DNA from: Podarcis bocagei
Taxonomy: Eukaryota
Assembly (NCBI GenBank): GCA_964188305.1
Contig: OZ076897.1
Length of the DNA: 64,000 bases
Reading direction: 5' to 3' (one strand)
Under the pieces are notes generated by a model. That model searched no databases. It was not told where the DNA came from and worked only from the letters and a program-made list of their open reading frames with translations. The position numbers and the translations under genes were made by a program. Positions 13,306 to 25,063 of the stretch are shown piece after piece. Positions within the stretch are counted from its first letter, which is position 1, and each line of letters starts with the position of its first letter.

Positions 13306-14825
13306 CAGATGTAGTCTGTGAGAGGCCCATTTTAAAAATGGCCTTAAAATAAATGAGTTTTGTATTGTGAGAAGTCAAACTGCAAATGTTTTGCTATGAA
13401 GCAGCATTTATTTTTTTACAACTTGTAAAACTTAAAAAGACATATCCCAGATTGCCACAACACCTAAAGAGCACAACTGACTACTCCATTTTACACACCG
13501 GGTTTAGACAATGTCCACCCATCCTGTGATGACTTAAAGTTTTGCTCTAGTGCAGTGGTTCTCAAACTTTTTTCTCTGTGCCACAAAAAATAAAATAAAA
13601 AAATTGTTCACACCTGACCAAATTTTTAATTGATAAGAAATACACTGGAAAACACAAGTAGGAATGTCCTCAGTATCATTTGATGCTCTTGCTCTCATTT
13701 TGAAAAGATACCTATCCATATTCTGAAAAGAAAAGACCCCCCCACACACATTTTAAAATTGATACTATACTACATTGAAACGTTTAAATGTTTCTTTGCT
13801 TGTCCTTGAATCTTCCTGCCACGCTTCCCATCCTCTCCTGCCGCACCAGAGTGGCTTGCCTTTGAGAACCACTGCTCTCGTGCCACATCCATGTGGCTGG
13901 CCCTGGGTTCACGGAAGGAGACCATCGGGGGGGGGGGCACAATCAGTCTCACAGCGACGAGGGCAGGCTCATGTGAATGTGCCATTTGTGGGAAACAGAA
14001 TTGCCATGCGACTTGTTCACATGTAAGCACTCTAAATTCTACGCTGGTAGACACATCCCGTATCAGTGTGGTTCAAGGAGTGGCTGCAGGAATGTCAGGA
14101 ACAGTCCAAAGAGCGCTGCCATTTATCTGAACTAGCCTTATGATGTCATTTCAATCCTCAAGGGAGCAACTAAAATATTGCCTGTTTCTATCATGAAGGA
14201 CTTAGTCACACTTTCTTACATTTGCAGCAAAATATATACTTGTGCTGAACTTCACAAATGACAGAGTATTTATTTCCCCCTCTATATGGCAATAATGTCT
14301 AGCCCAAATGGCCATTGCCTTAATCTTGAATGTTATTTTACCAATTCACTTTGAAATCACAACAGAACAAAAGTCACACAGGATAGGAGGTGAACTTCAG
14401 GCAGCCAAGGTCTTTCTGTCTCATCCAGTAGAGGGAGCTCAAACATCAAGTTAAATAAGCTGTTTTATTAATCAGCATTTCCTTTTAATTAAAGGTGTGT
14501 GTGTGTGTGTGTAACATCATCATTTTGTTGAGACTACCTTTTACCCAACATGAAAAGTAAAAAATGAAGCATAGATTTCAGGAATTATTAAATTTAAAAT
14601 TCCTTCCCACCCCCACAAATACATTCACTGCACTTCAGATAACTCTCCATTTCTCAAGAGAAGTTTTTAGAGTGCAGTTAAGAGATCAGAAATGATTATT
14701 CAGAGCTGTGCCCAGTCCCCAAATAAAGATGCCAGGATAAGCAAGGACCATGACCTTGAAGTCTGTCCTCTTGTTTTAAAGGAGCATAAACTAAGGGGTG
14801 TAAGCCAGCCAAAGCTGAATACTTT

Positions 14826-15332
14826 TGCAGTAAAATCCTATGCATGTCTACTCAGAAGTAATGCTCATTGATTTCAATGGGATATACTACCAGGTAAGTT
14901 TGTACAGGATTGCAGACACATTTATTTATTTATTTATTTAAAATATTCTGTGCTTCACCAAATTAAAAGATAACAGAATGAAAAATGTAATAAACTGCAT
15001 GCTAAAAATAATTGGTAGATAAAAACAGAAATAGTGAGCAAAATGTCTGAAATATTTGTGCACTGCAATCCTATGCATGTCTACTCAGAAGTAGGCCCCA
15101 CCTAAGTCCCATTGGACTTGCTACCAGATAAGTGAATATAGAATTGCATTCTAAAATTCTGGGAGAATAGAAAAGATTTTGCCATGGTTTCAATGGGACA
15201 GTTGAATGCACTGTGAAATTCTCCCCATTAAACCCAGTGGGATGTAGGCTGCAAACATATCCTATTTACCTAAGAGTAAGTCCCACTAAACTCAGTGAGG
15301 CTGGGTTCTGAATAGATAGGATTGCACAGTTA
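14826..15332. mobile_element. Cluster of three ~85-90 bp palindromic MITE-like repeats (possibly PIF/Harbinger-derived)
   Basis: Units like CAATCCTATGCATGTCTACTCAGAAGTA...AGGATTGCA at ~14826-14916, ~15061-15152 and ~15247-15332. Further copies near 13135, 22477, 32705 and 57680. Confidence 0.7.
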
Positions 15333-16892
15333 AAGATGCTTCACATTGGACGGATTGGGCCCTAGATAGATTTCTTAGATACATTGTAAGAAAGAAAGGA
15401 AATATTTGTGTGCATTCCATGGCATATGGCACTATATTATTTATTTTATACAAGGGCATATCAAGGCTTAAACTGGCCACACCAGTGCTAAAAAAAAAAG
15501 ATGGTGGTTAGGGATCTTCTACTTATATGAACATGAAGCTTATTTTTAAACTTTTGAAATCTTATGGCACAAAGAGCATATGGTATTTTCATCCTCCTGA
15601 ACTCTGGCATGGTGCATTAAGGGCACATTTTGGTCAAAACAGATGTGCAGCTTTTGCAATGACGTGCTTTTCACAATTTCCAGAATTTTGGCACGTGGCA
15701 TGCAAAATTGATTAAACTGCATATCATTCCCCATTAAAAGCCACAGTCTTCCTGAGAAATCATCTTGTGCGCATTGCGGCACATAATATGTGCCACCGAC
15801 TGAACATGCACTGACCATCCAAACTAACAACCATCGTCTTGGTGTTGTGACATCTTGCAGGGCTGCACATGTGGTCATGCATTCCACTTTAAACAGATGT
15901 GAGTTTTCGATCTACAAGATGAGCGATGCTTTTCAAATGCTGTTGTAACAAGAAAATCCATGAAAATACAAACATGTCACCACCCGCACCCTCAAATAAT
16001 TAAGAGTATGCTCACATTCAGAATAAGCCAAGTGCAGGAGTGTGGGGGCCACACATTTGCCAAGGTCACTTTAGTCACCTAACTGTTTGAGGGCAGGAAG
16101 CTATGCCAAGGGAACTGGGATAAAAATATGTGAAACAGTGTACAAAAGAAAGCTGCAAGATGCCAATTTCCCAGAGCTACCTTTCAGTGAAATCATACCT
16201 TGATTCATCTGTAATAAAAAAACTCTGACAGAGGAAGTAAAACATGGATTCTAAATAGCTGAAGTAAATTCACTCCATTTTGAACTTGAGAGATGAGTCA
16301 GGATCCGGTATGTTAATTATTCAAGTCATATTTGTCTCAGTAAGTGCAGTTGCTTCTTGTACTGATGAAGTGTTAGAGGAAAATGATCTCCCTGTTTACC
16401 TCCTGCCTCCCTTTAGCTTCCAGACCTTGGCCTGATTTGTAGCTACACCTGATAGGGTCACTTTTGCTAGAAATTTGTCTTCATTGAAGCATAGCAAGCA
16501 GAATTTTGTGTTTCTGAATGCCATCCTAACAGCAACTCTTCACACTGAAAGGGAACCTGTACCTAGCAAGACCTGTATCCCTGCTCCTTCAGACATCCCT
16601 TTAGTTCATGATGATTTGTGCTCATCAGATTGCCACAAGTGGCCCCAATTTCAACACCGTTTGTGCCTGCAAAAGTGTTGGGGTGGTCACATGCTTCATT
16701 CCCATTCAGCGCACATCCCACAACATCCTGCAGAAAGGCTCCTCCAAATTGGTGTTTTATTGTGGATGTATTTTGCAACCTTTTTGTGACATACCATTAA
16801 CAGTGGATTTACATATTCTGCTTTAGTTTGTTCTGTGATGCTTCCACAAATGCTATCACATTATTGCTGTCTGGAGGGGCTACGGGGGGAGG

Positions 16893-16896
<4 letters not shown>

Positions 16897-16936
<40 letters not shown>
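16897..16936. repeat. (TG)n(CG)n microsatellite
   Basis: Direct reading; abuts the BovB tail. Confidence 0.95.
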
Positions 16937-16937
<1 letters not shown>

Positions 16938-17237
16938 TGTTGTTTAGTCGTGTCTGACTCTTCGTGACCCCATGGACCAGAGCACACCAGGCACTTCTGT
17001 CTTCCGCTGCCTCGGGCAGTTTGGTCAAACTCATGCTGGTAGCTTCGAGAACACCGTCCAAACATCTCGTCCTCTGTCGTCCCCTTCTCCTTGTGCCCTC
17101 CATCTTTCCCAGCATCAGGGTCTTTTCCAGGGAGTCTTCTCTTCTCATGAGGTGGCCAAAGTATTGGAGCTTCAGCTTCATGATCTGTCCTTCCAGTGAG
17201 CACTCAGGGCTGATTTCCTTCAGAATGGATAGGTTTG
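16937..17237 (-). mobile_element. RTE-BovB LINE 3' end
   Basis: Minus-strand ILKEISPECSLEGQIMKLKLQYFGHLMRREDSLEKTLMLGKMEGTRRRGRQRTR...VHGVTKSQTRL and a (CAA)n tail. Confidence 0.95.
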
Positions 17238-17243
17238 TGTGTG

Positions 17244-17563
17244 CATACTCTCCAACATTTCTCCGATGAAAATAGAGACATCCCATTCCATAATGATAAT
17301 TTTACTATTTATACCCCACACATCTTACTGGGTTGCCCAGCTACTCTGGTTGGCTTCCAACATACATAAAAACATAAGAAACATTAAACATTTTTTTAAA
17401 AAAACCCTTCCCTATACAGGATTGCCTTCAGATTGCTTGAGAGTCGGATAACTCCATACCCTCCAACATTTCTCCAATGAAAATAGGGACATCCTAAGGA
17501 AAAGTGGGATGGCTTCTGTAAATCTGGGATGTCTCTGAAAAGCAGGGGCACTTGGAGGGCCTG
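17244..17563. mobile_element. Composite hAT-like MITE with a duplicated left end and an internal L2 tail
   Basis: Imperfect TIRs CATACTCTCCAA / TTGGAGGGCCTG; left ~40 bp repeated at ~17455-17494; GTGTGTG on both flanks. Confidence 0.7.
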
Positions 17564-17874
17564 GTGTGTGCCTTCAGATTGTACAGACCATCAGATTGTG
17601 GGACATCAGGAGGGCCAAGGGCTTCGTAGCTCTGCTGTTAGGTAGTCTGAGGATACAATCCTATGCAATCCAGCAATGGGTTATATTATTCCCTCAGCTT
17701 TTATTGTTAAGATACCATTTGTTTCACTAGTCTTTCTTTAAATTAAACTATATTTGTTTAATTATCTATTCCTTTAAAATATGTTCATTTTCATTGCTGA
17801 AGTCCATTTTCTTTCTTTTCCTTTGGTTTTGTTTGTTTGTTGACCACAGCAGCACTAATTTGGGCAGCCACCAT

Positions 17875-18118
17875 TAGGTTAATAGCTCAGTTAATTCCAG
17901 GGTCTTGGGTGCGAGCGGCACATTGGGCAGAGGATTCCTGCATTGCAGGGGTTTGGACTAGATCACTTTTTGTGGTCCCTTCCAACTCTATGATTAATTT
18001 CAATTTTGTTTTATTTTCCCAGAATACCCCATTGCAGGGGTTTGGACTAGATCACTTTTTGTGGTCCCTTCCAACTCTATGATTAATTTCAATTTCATTT
18101 TATTTTCCCAGAATGCCC
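17875..18118 (+). mobile_element. Degraded tRNA/CR1-tail SINE with an 89-bp tandem duplication
   Basis: TAGCTCAGTT A-box-like head; CR1-type tail GGACTAGATCAC...GGTCCCTTCCAACTCTATGATT occurs twice (units start 17941 and 18030). Confidence 0.7.
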
Positions 18119-19222
18119 AGGACATTGCAAATAGCTTACCCATACCTTCAGGCCATAACAATCAAAAGTTATCCAATACAGATGGGATGGACAGTGATCG
18201 GTTTACTTCCCTTAGACTTGCTCTAACTGTAACCTTCAGTTACAGTTGGTTTCCTTTCTTCTGAACCCAGCCATTCAGATAGATACTTGGAACAGAGACT
18301 AAGAGCAGAAGACACTTTGTTGATGGAAAATTTATGCAGTGTCTCAATAACGTATTTCAGGGCCTGTGCCATAATGCACTTCTACCAGTCTTAACTTCAG
18401 CAGACACCAAATAAGAAGCCAAAACAACGAGATGCGAGTGGAAGGGAGAAAGGAATCTGCCGCCAATAGTCCGTTTCCCTGTGATCTTAATGTGTTAGTT
18501 AAAAGACCAAAACAGAGTAAAACAAAAGCAGCCATTGCAAATGGAAGGTCTTCCATAAATATCCAGCATCTCGAGGGAGCCATTTATCAAACCTGACAGG
18601 GATATACACATGAAGGCTTTTACTGATTATTTTTTCAAGACAATCCACTTATCTAAGAATTCCGATTTCAGCAAGTGTTCAGGGGAAGGTTAAGTCATCA
18701 GTTTATATTCTTTACAATATGAACTTCTTTTTAAAAAGAGAGAGTGAGTGAGAGTAAATCAATATCAGGGCAACTCTGTGAAGATACGTTGACAGAAAAC
18801 ATGTTCTTCTGATCTGCTGTTATTTTTCTCATTGAAAATCAGGAAAGGTTTTCTCCCTTCCCTTTATCTTGGGTTTTTGCACTTTGAGAGTGGAACAATT
18901 AAATAAAATATGTCAGATGGAGTTGAGCCACAATAACATTTCCCTGTGGGTAGATGACTTTGGTAGATGACAGCTGAAAGTAAATGTTCCTTTCATGAGT
19001 TATGACAAAGAGTCATCAGATATTCTCTGAGTGTTCAAATATTTGGTGAACATTCAGATAGCAATTGTTTGGTCGTGGCACTCAAAGTATGGCACTCCTT
19101 GCCCTAGGAAGCTACTCCTGCTGCCGACTTAACAGTATTTGCCAAATGCCAAGGTGCCAGCTTATTTCACAATGCCTATGAGACTGAGAGACTCCACCAA
19201 TGAGTTAATTTTGCAGCTGCTC

Positions 19223-19235
19223 TATTATTATTATT

Positions 19236-19285
<50 letters not shown>
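19223..19285. repeat. (TAT)n(TGT)n compound microsatellite
   Basis: Direct reading. Confidence 0.95.
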
Positions 19286-22200
19286 CTTTGCATATTATCA
19301 GCCAGGCCCATTTCCAGGGAGCCATAATGGACTTGTTCTGTGTGTGAAAAATGGCCCTTGGGTATTACCACCGCTGTGTGCAATGCCATCACTGAGAAGA
19401 GCTGTTTAGTGGCACTCATGTGGAGGTGGCAATCTTTGAACCAATCTGCCTAACCTGAAATCTTTACACTGTCCTCTTCCTAACACAAAAGAGTCTCTGA
19501 CTTGAAGGGTTACAAGTTGAGCTCCCTTGGTCCTTCCTGATCAGAGACCATTGTGCACTAAGGTGGCATTTTGTTCATTTTCAAAGTCCTGGTTAGTATT
19601 TGAATAGAGGCAAAGGTGTTATTTAACCAAGAAGCAGCAGCTAGTGCAGGATGGGCTAGGTCATTAGGTCTGAAACGCAAACGATGAGCATTTCTTCTGA
19701 GGATCCTGGTGCAGGAGATGTATTTTCCACAAGGTCTGGGGGGGGTGCTTTGATTTACTGCCCTGTGTAAACAATATACAATTAGTGACTTTAAGTACAC
19801 CAAACACTTAGCACAGCTGAGCTTCTGTACAATGTCATATGGGTAGTTATGGTACCTGCAATAAAACAAGAACATTTTAAATGTCAATCTGAGCTTCACA
19901 TAAGCAAGCCTTGCCTCTTTAGCACATGAGGAGAAATGAAACAGATTAGTGCTGCTACAACACGAGGGAAGAAACTAAACAGACATGTGCTTCAAATGTG
20001 GGTATCCAGATGGGGGGGGGAAAGGACTCAGGCTAATTCACAGTAGAATGGCAAGAAATCTTGTCTTGTGATTTTGGTTCCTATTAAGTTGTACAGGACT
20101 GATGCTCAGGCTTCAGTTGCAAGGATGGGGTGAAGGATGAGGATTCCTTATGGTAGAATCACAAACATTGTAAGTGTAAAGCTAAAAACATACTAGCATT
20201 AAATAAGCCATCAGGTGAAATTCCTCTATGTGTGCTCCTGTTTTGCTGTGAAAATCATCATATTAGATGGCCATTTTAGTTTTTTTATTTAGTTCTTGCA
20301 GTGATGCCATCAACATGCTGGCATTTTAGTGTTAATTAAACTGTGAAAAAATATACGGCTAGTTCATCTTGGTGGATGAAAGAAGCAACTGGCCAAGAAG
20401 GACTAAGTGCCGAGCTTCAACAGCATTAAAATATACTGAGTTGGAACCACAGTTATACCTGAAATTCTTCACTCTAATCACCATGCAATTTCTTGGGAGG
20501 ACATATTTCACCCCTGCAAATTGTGCAAATACCTCCCACTGCACTAAACAGTGAGTTAGACAGAAGTCACATAAACTATTAGCTGAATTGGGTGCAGGGT
20601 CAATATTTAATAGAACTAAGCTGAAAGAACCTTTTAGGTGTTATTTTTCTCGCTTTCATTATGGCTGAAAAATATTTCATTTTGGAGGGAGTAGGGCTAG
20701 GCAAGATGCCTCACTCCCATTTGGGGGTGCATTTCAAAGTACGTTTGAAACTAAACAAGGTTCTTTTGAGGTCTACCAGAATGGTGGCTGGTATTTTTGG
20801 ATCACTCTACATTTTCCTTCAGATGAGGCATTCTGCGAAATCTAAAATGCTGGCTGCCAACCTCATGCCCCAATCCCCAAGAAGGGTGGAGTTCACACCC
20901 TCTTTTGTTGCTGACTGCCCCCAAATTTGGGTCAGACTTTCAGCCCTTTGAACGATTAGCCCAGGCCTAGCTTCTGGTTTGCATTCAAAACACAATCTGT
21001 TTTTCTCCAGGCCAATGAGCCTGCTAGCAGCTCCAGCCTGACTCCACCTCCAGTCTGACATTCGACATTTTAGAGACATATAACAATATTTTAAATTATT
21101 CCAAGTAACTTATAAGTTAAATGTTATACTGGATGAAAACACTGATTTTCAGAGTCAGCTGATTTTCAGATTCAGCATGGTAAAAAAAGAAAGTGGGTCC
21201 CCCCAAATTAATAAAAAGTATCTCTTGCATTCCATTTTTGGGAAACTAGCATAGACTGCACCTGACTTGTGTGCTGTGGGATACTTCAGGGTCTCAGCAG
21301 TTCCTTGGAGCATTAATAACCAGTGTTGGGGAGTATTTCCACTGTTTATTTTCCGCGAGCTGTGATTAATATCTAGGACTTAGACAAAAGCAAGGAATCA
21401 CTTTCAACTTTTAGCTGTTTGATTTAAGACTATCCCTTAGTGATCATGCTAATTTTAATACGTAACTTGGAACTCACAAAAGTTCAACTCTGCTCTAGTA
21501 TTGAATCACTTTATCAAAGGACTGGAAATTATGCAACATAATTGCCCAGAATATTTTTGGTTTATGAGCAGAGATTTCTAGAAGATGCAGCAGTAAATAA
21601 TGAAGCCATTAAAAAGAAAGATGGGGACAGCTTGATAACCTTTGAGCAGAAAGCTGCAATACAGCATGTATTTAGGCTAAAGTGATGGGACAAGATCGGT
21701 ATTGTGGAGTGGAGGGCATTTGACTTGGTGTTTCCTTCCTTAACTATGGTTTGTTTAACCAGTCTGCTGCAAATGCTCACAAAATTGAGGCATGAAATAA
21801 GAACAGCTGGAAAACAAATTAAACTCTGGAGAAGCAAGCCATGGTTTGTTTGCTCATCTGTGGGGATCTTGTGCATAAATTGTGGTTTGCTTAGTGTTAT
21901 GTGTGAACCAGGCCACTGAGTTAATGTATGATAATAGTTCTTATCTCTATTTGGACAGCTCTGAAATGCTGATGATTTAAGTGAGGCATCAGAATAAAAT
22001 CCCTCTTACATATGTTGAAAACGTAGTTCTGATCATTAATCTCATTTATCTGAATTTATGAATGCACTTGGATCTGTACATTCTTCTTCCCATGTTCTCT
22101 GTACTGAAAGTTAAGCCTGATCGTGATTCCTTTGATATATTTTCAGGGTTAGCCCAAATGGGCCCAGTCAGCTCTTTTAAGCTCATAAGATTGGTTCTAA

Positions 22201-23348
22201 AGTCCTTTGATCACTCTGGGAAATCTTGTTCATATGGCGTACCATTGATATGAATTCATAGCTTGGACAAAATCAGATAAACAGTTCCAAACTCCCTTAT
22301 TCTCCTTTGGAAAATCTCACCCATTTAATATTATAATGACAATGAAGCATATCAAGAAATAAATCAGGAAAAAAGAACAGAGAGACCCAAGCTTCTGGAC
22401 GGATTAAACCAAGGATGAAGTACTAGATAGCAAAACACGCACAAAGAGAGGGAGAGAGGGAGAGAGCACAATTCTAGTGCAACCCTCTTCATGTCTACTC
22501 AGAAGTAATTTTCAGCAGTCCTATTCAGTGGAGCTTACTCCCAAGAAAATGTGTCTAGGGTTGAGCAAAATCAGATGTATAATTCCAGCCTTCCCTATTC
22601 TTTCTGGGATAAGGAAATACAACCTGCCCAATAGTCTAAAACTGAATTTTATTCCTTCATGGCTATTGAGTGATTCCTCTGCCTTTTGATCTTTTAATAT
22701 GCTTAGGTCTCTGTTCTCTTTTATTCAGTCTCAGGAATAGTTAAATACTTCTTAGCAATCCCTGGATGCATGCCCTTTACAGTATTTTAGAAGCTAGGTT
22801 CTGCTTGCATACTAGTTTATCTGAGTAAGATTTAGAAGTTTATTTTCTCATGAAATAGACTCAGAATTATATGCCCCTGAACCTAGTGTGCATGGCAGAA
22901 CAGCTAGAACTCAGGCATTGAGCTCAATAATCTATGCCCAAAAATATTTCAGATATTTATTAAAATCGGATTACAAGCACAGACCCTTTACTAAGCCTGA
23001 AGTCCAGTGGTCGACTGGGGTATATGCAGAGAGGTTGTTCACAGGGAAATGTGCCTGCCCCTAAGCTGGGTCTTAAATAGCATTGTAGAGGACCGAAAAG
23101 TGGTGTTGGATGATGAAAGCAGGTAAAGCAAGGGAATGACAGGAGATTGATGAGTAAAATGAAGCATTGAAAGGGGCTACAGTGAAATTGAGGAAAATTC
23201 TAACAAGTGGTAGTAGAATGGGCAGGTAGTCAATCAAGAATGACCCATCTGGAAGGTCAACCTGGAAGAATGGTCATTCTGAATGGATTTGCATTTTGAG
23301 AACAATGACTTTAGTTTGATATAGAGTGGCTGAGTGGGGTACAAATAA

Positions 23349-23349
<1 letters not shown>

Positions 23350-23413
<64 letters not shown>
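23350..23413. repeat. (TTG)n microsatellite
   Basis: Direct reading. Confidence 0.95.
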
Positions 23414-23544
23414 CATCTGCTTCATCATGGAAGTGTCATTGTCGTATCCAGTTTTGCAATTCATGTCTTCTAGACATCTAGGACACTTTTCTTATACTTC
23501 TTATTAAAACAAGTTTATCAGCCACTGCTGAGCACTGACTAGTG

Positions 23545-23670
23545 TTGGGTTTCAGTGTGGGGAACTTGAGCATATTGTTGGTGTTAGACAAGCCATTATC
23601 TGTCAGCTCAGCCTACTTCACAGGGTCACTGGAAGGGCAAAACACTGCTCTGAGTTCCTTGGAAGGATTT
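23545..23670 (+). mobile_element. CORE-SINE (MIR-like) fragment
   Basis: CTCAGCCTACTTCACAGGGT resembles the CORE domain; a similar remnant lies at ~57580-57680. Confidence 0.5.
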
Positions 23671-24841
23671 TATTTACATTTCTAAGAAGAGTGGAATTCA
23701 GATTCAATTAATTCAAAGAATTATTATTAATTCAGCTTCAAACCAAAGGCTTTTCTGAATTGCCTGTTTCAGTGGATTCACCCACTCCATTCCACTCAAC
23801 CATTCATGGCCTCCTGTTCCTCCTTTCCTGTGTTTCCGTGTGCTGATTGCTAGATCATTTGTGACATCCTGTCTACCTGTAAGCCTCTCCACCGCTCTTC
23901 TTCTCTCACTGCTGATGAATCACTTCCTTCACATCTCATGTTCTTCACCCTTTTGTCCGAAACAGTTTATCTTCATCTCCTGCCCACTAAGGATACTGCA
24001 GACTAAGGCTTGGCTGCATAGTTTGCCCATGTTTTCTGTTTACACATCACAAACCATTCCAACACAATATCAAATAAAATCTAAAAACACTGGAGCTTTG
24101 CTGAAAAATTAGACTGATTATTTTTCTGTACTGTTGCCATATTCCTCCCCAAGGGAAGAGGAAAGGGATATCAGAGAAGCTTAAAAGACCTTGAGCCTTA
24201 ATAACTTGGTCCAAATAATAAATTTTGCTAACAGTGTGACACACAGCTAGGTGGCTAAAATTCTATTGAAAGCAAGGAGCCAAACTGCAATGGTTTAGTT
24301 CGGTTGGCTACAAGTTATCAAGTCCTCAGCTTCAAAAGGATAGTTATTTCATAAATCATTTTGGAACTGCAACCCCATATTTCATGTAATTAAGAGATAC
24401 ATAGTACAAAAATGCAAAAATGGGACCCAAAGTGGGAAGGAGGGAGGAAAAACTCAGTTAAAATAACTTTAGAGATGTCACAAGAAGCTGAATAGGAGTG
24501 GGCACCCTTATTCAATTACTCATGAAGTAGGTGGGTGTTGATCAGGGATCTGCTTCTATCCTGGCATAAGCAGGGCTTGAACAAGTCATACCTTAAGTGA
24601 CCACTACTGTTTTTGCTGCTTCTTCCATTTCCCTTTGCCCTTCAAATATCCAATGAAATTATGTTGGCAGAGATCCTTTCCCACTTGGACTGGGGCTGCA
24701 AGTGTCCCTGGCAGAAATGTAATACTATTTATATAAATTTCTACTGAGGAAGGCAGCCATTTTGTGTGTGTGAGTGTTCTGTGTGTCCTCCCTTCAACTG
24801 CACACAAGGGACCAAACTCCTTCATGACAAGCTCAGAGATG

Positions 24842-25063
24842 CAGTGGTACCTCGGGTTAAGAACTTAATTCATTCCGGAGGTCCGTTCTTAACCTGAAAC
24901 TGTTCTTAACCTGAAGCACCACTTTAGCTAATGGGGCCTCCTGCTGCCACTTGCCGCTGCATGATTTCTGTTCTTATCCTGAAGCAAAGTTCTTAACCTG
25001 AGGTACTATTTCTGGGTTAGCGGAGTCTGTAACCTAAAGCGTCTGTAACCCGAGGTACCACTG
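24842..25063. mobile_element. Tigger-like MITE, family copy 2
   Basis: TIRs CAGTGGTACCTCGGGTTA / TAACCCGAGGTACCACTG; right flank TA, left flank TG. Confidence 0.92.

Noticed and set aside
19139-19419. Poly-Cys and poly-Gln ORFs (also poly-Thr at 23234-23464 and poly-Ile at 49292-49579)
   Set aside because: Translations of trinucleotide microsatellites.
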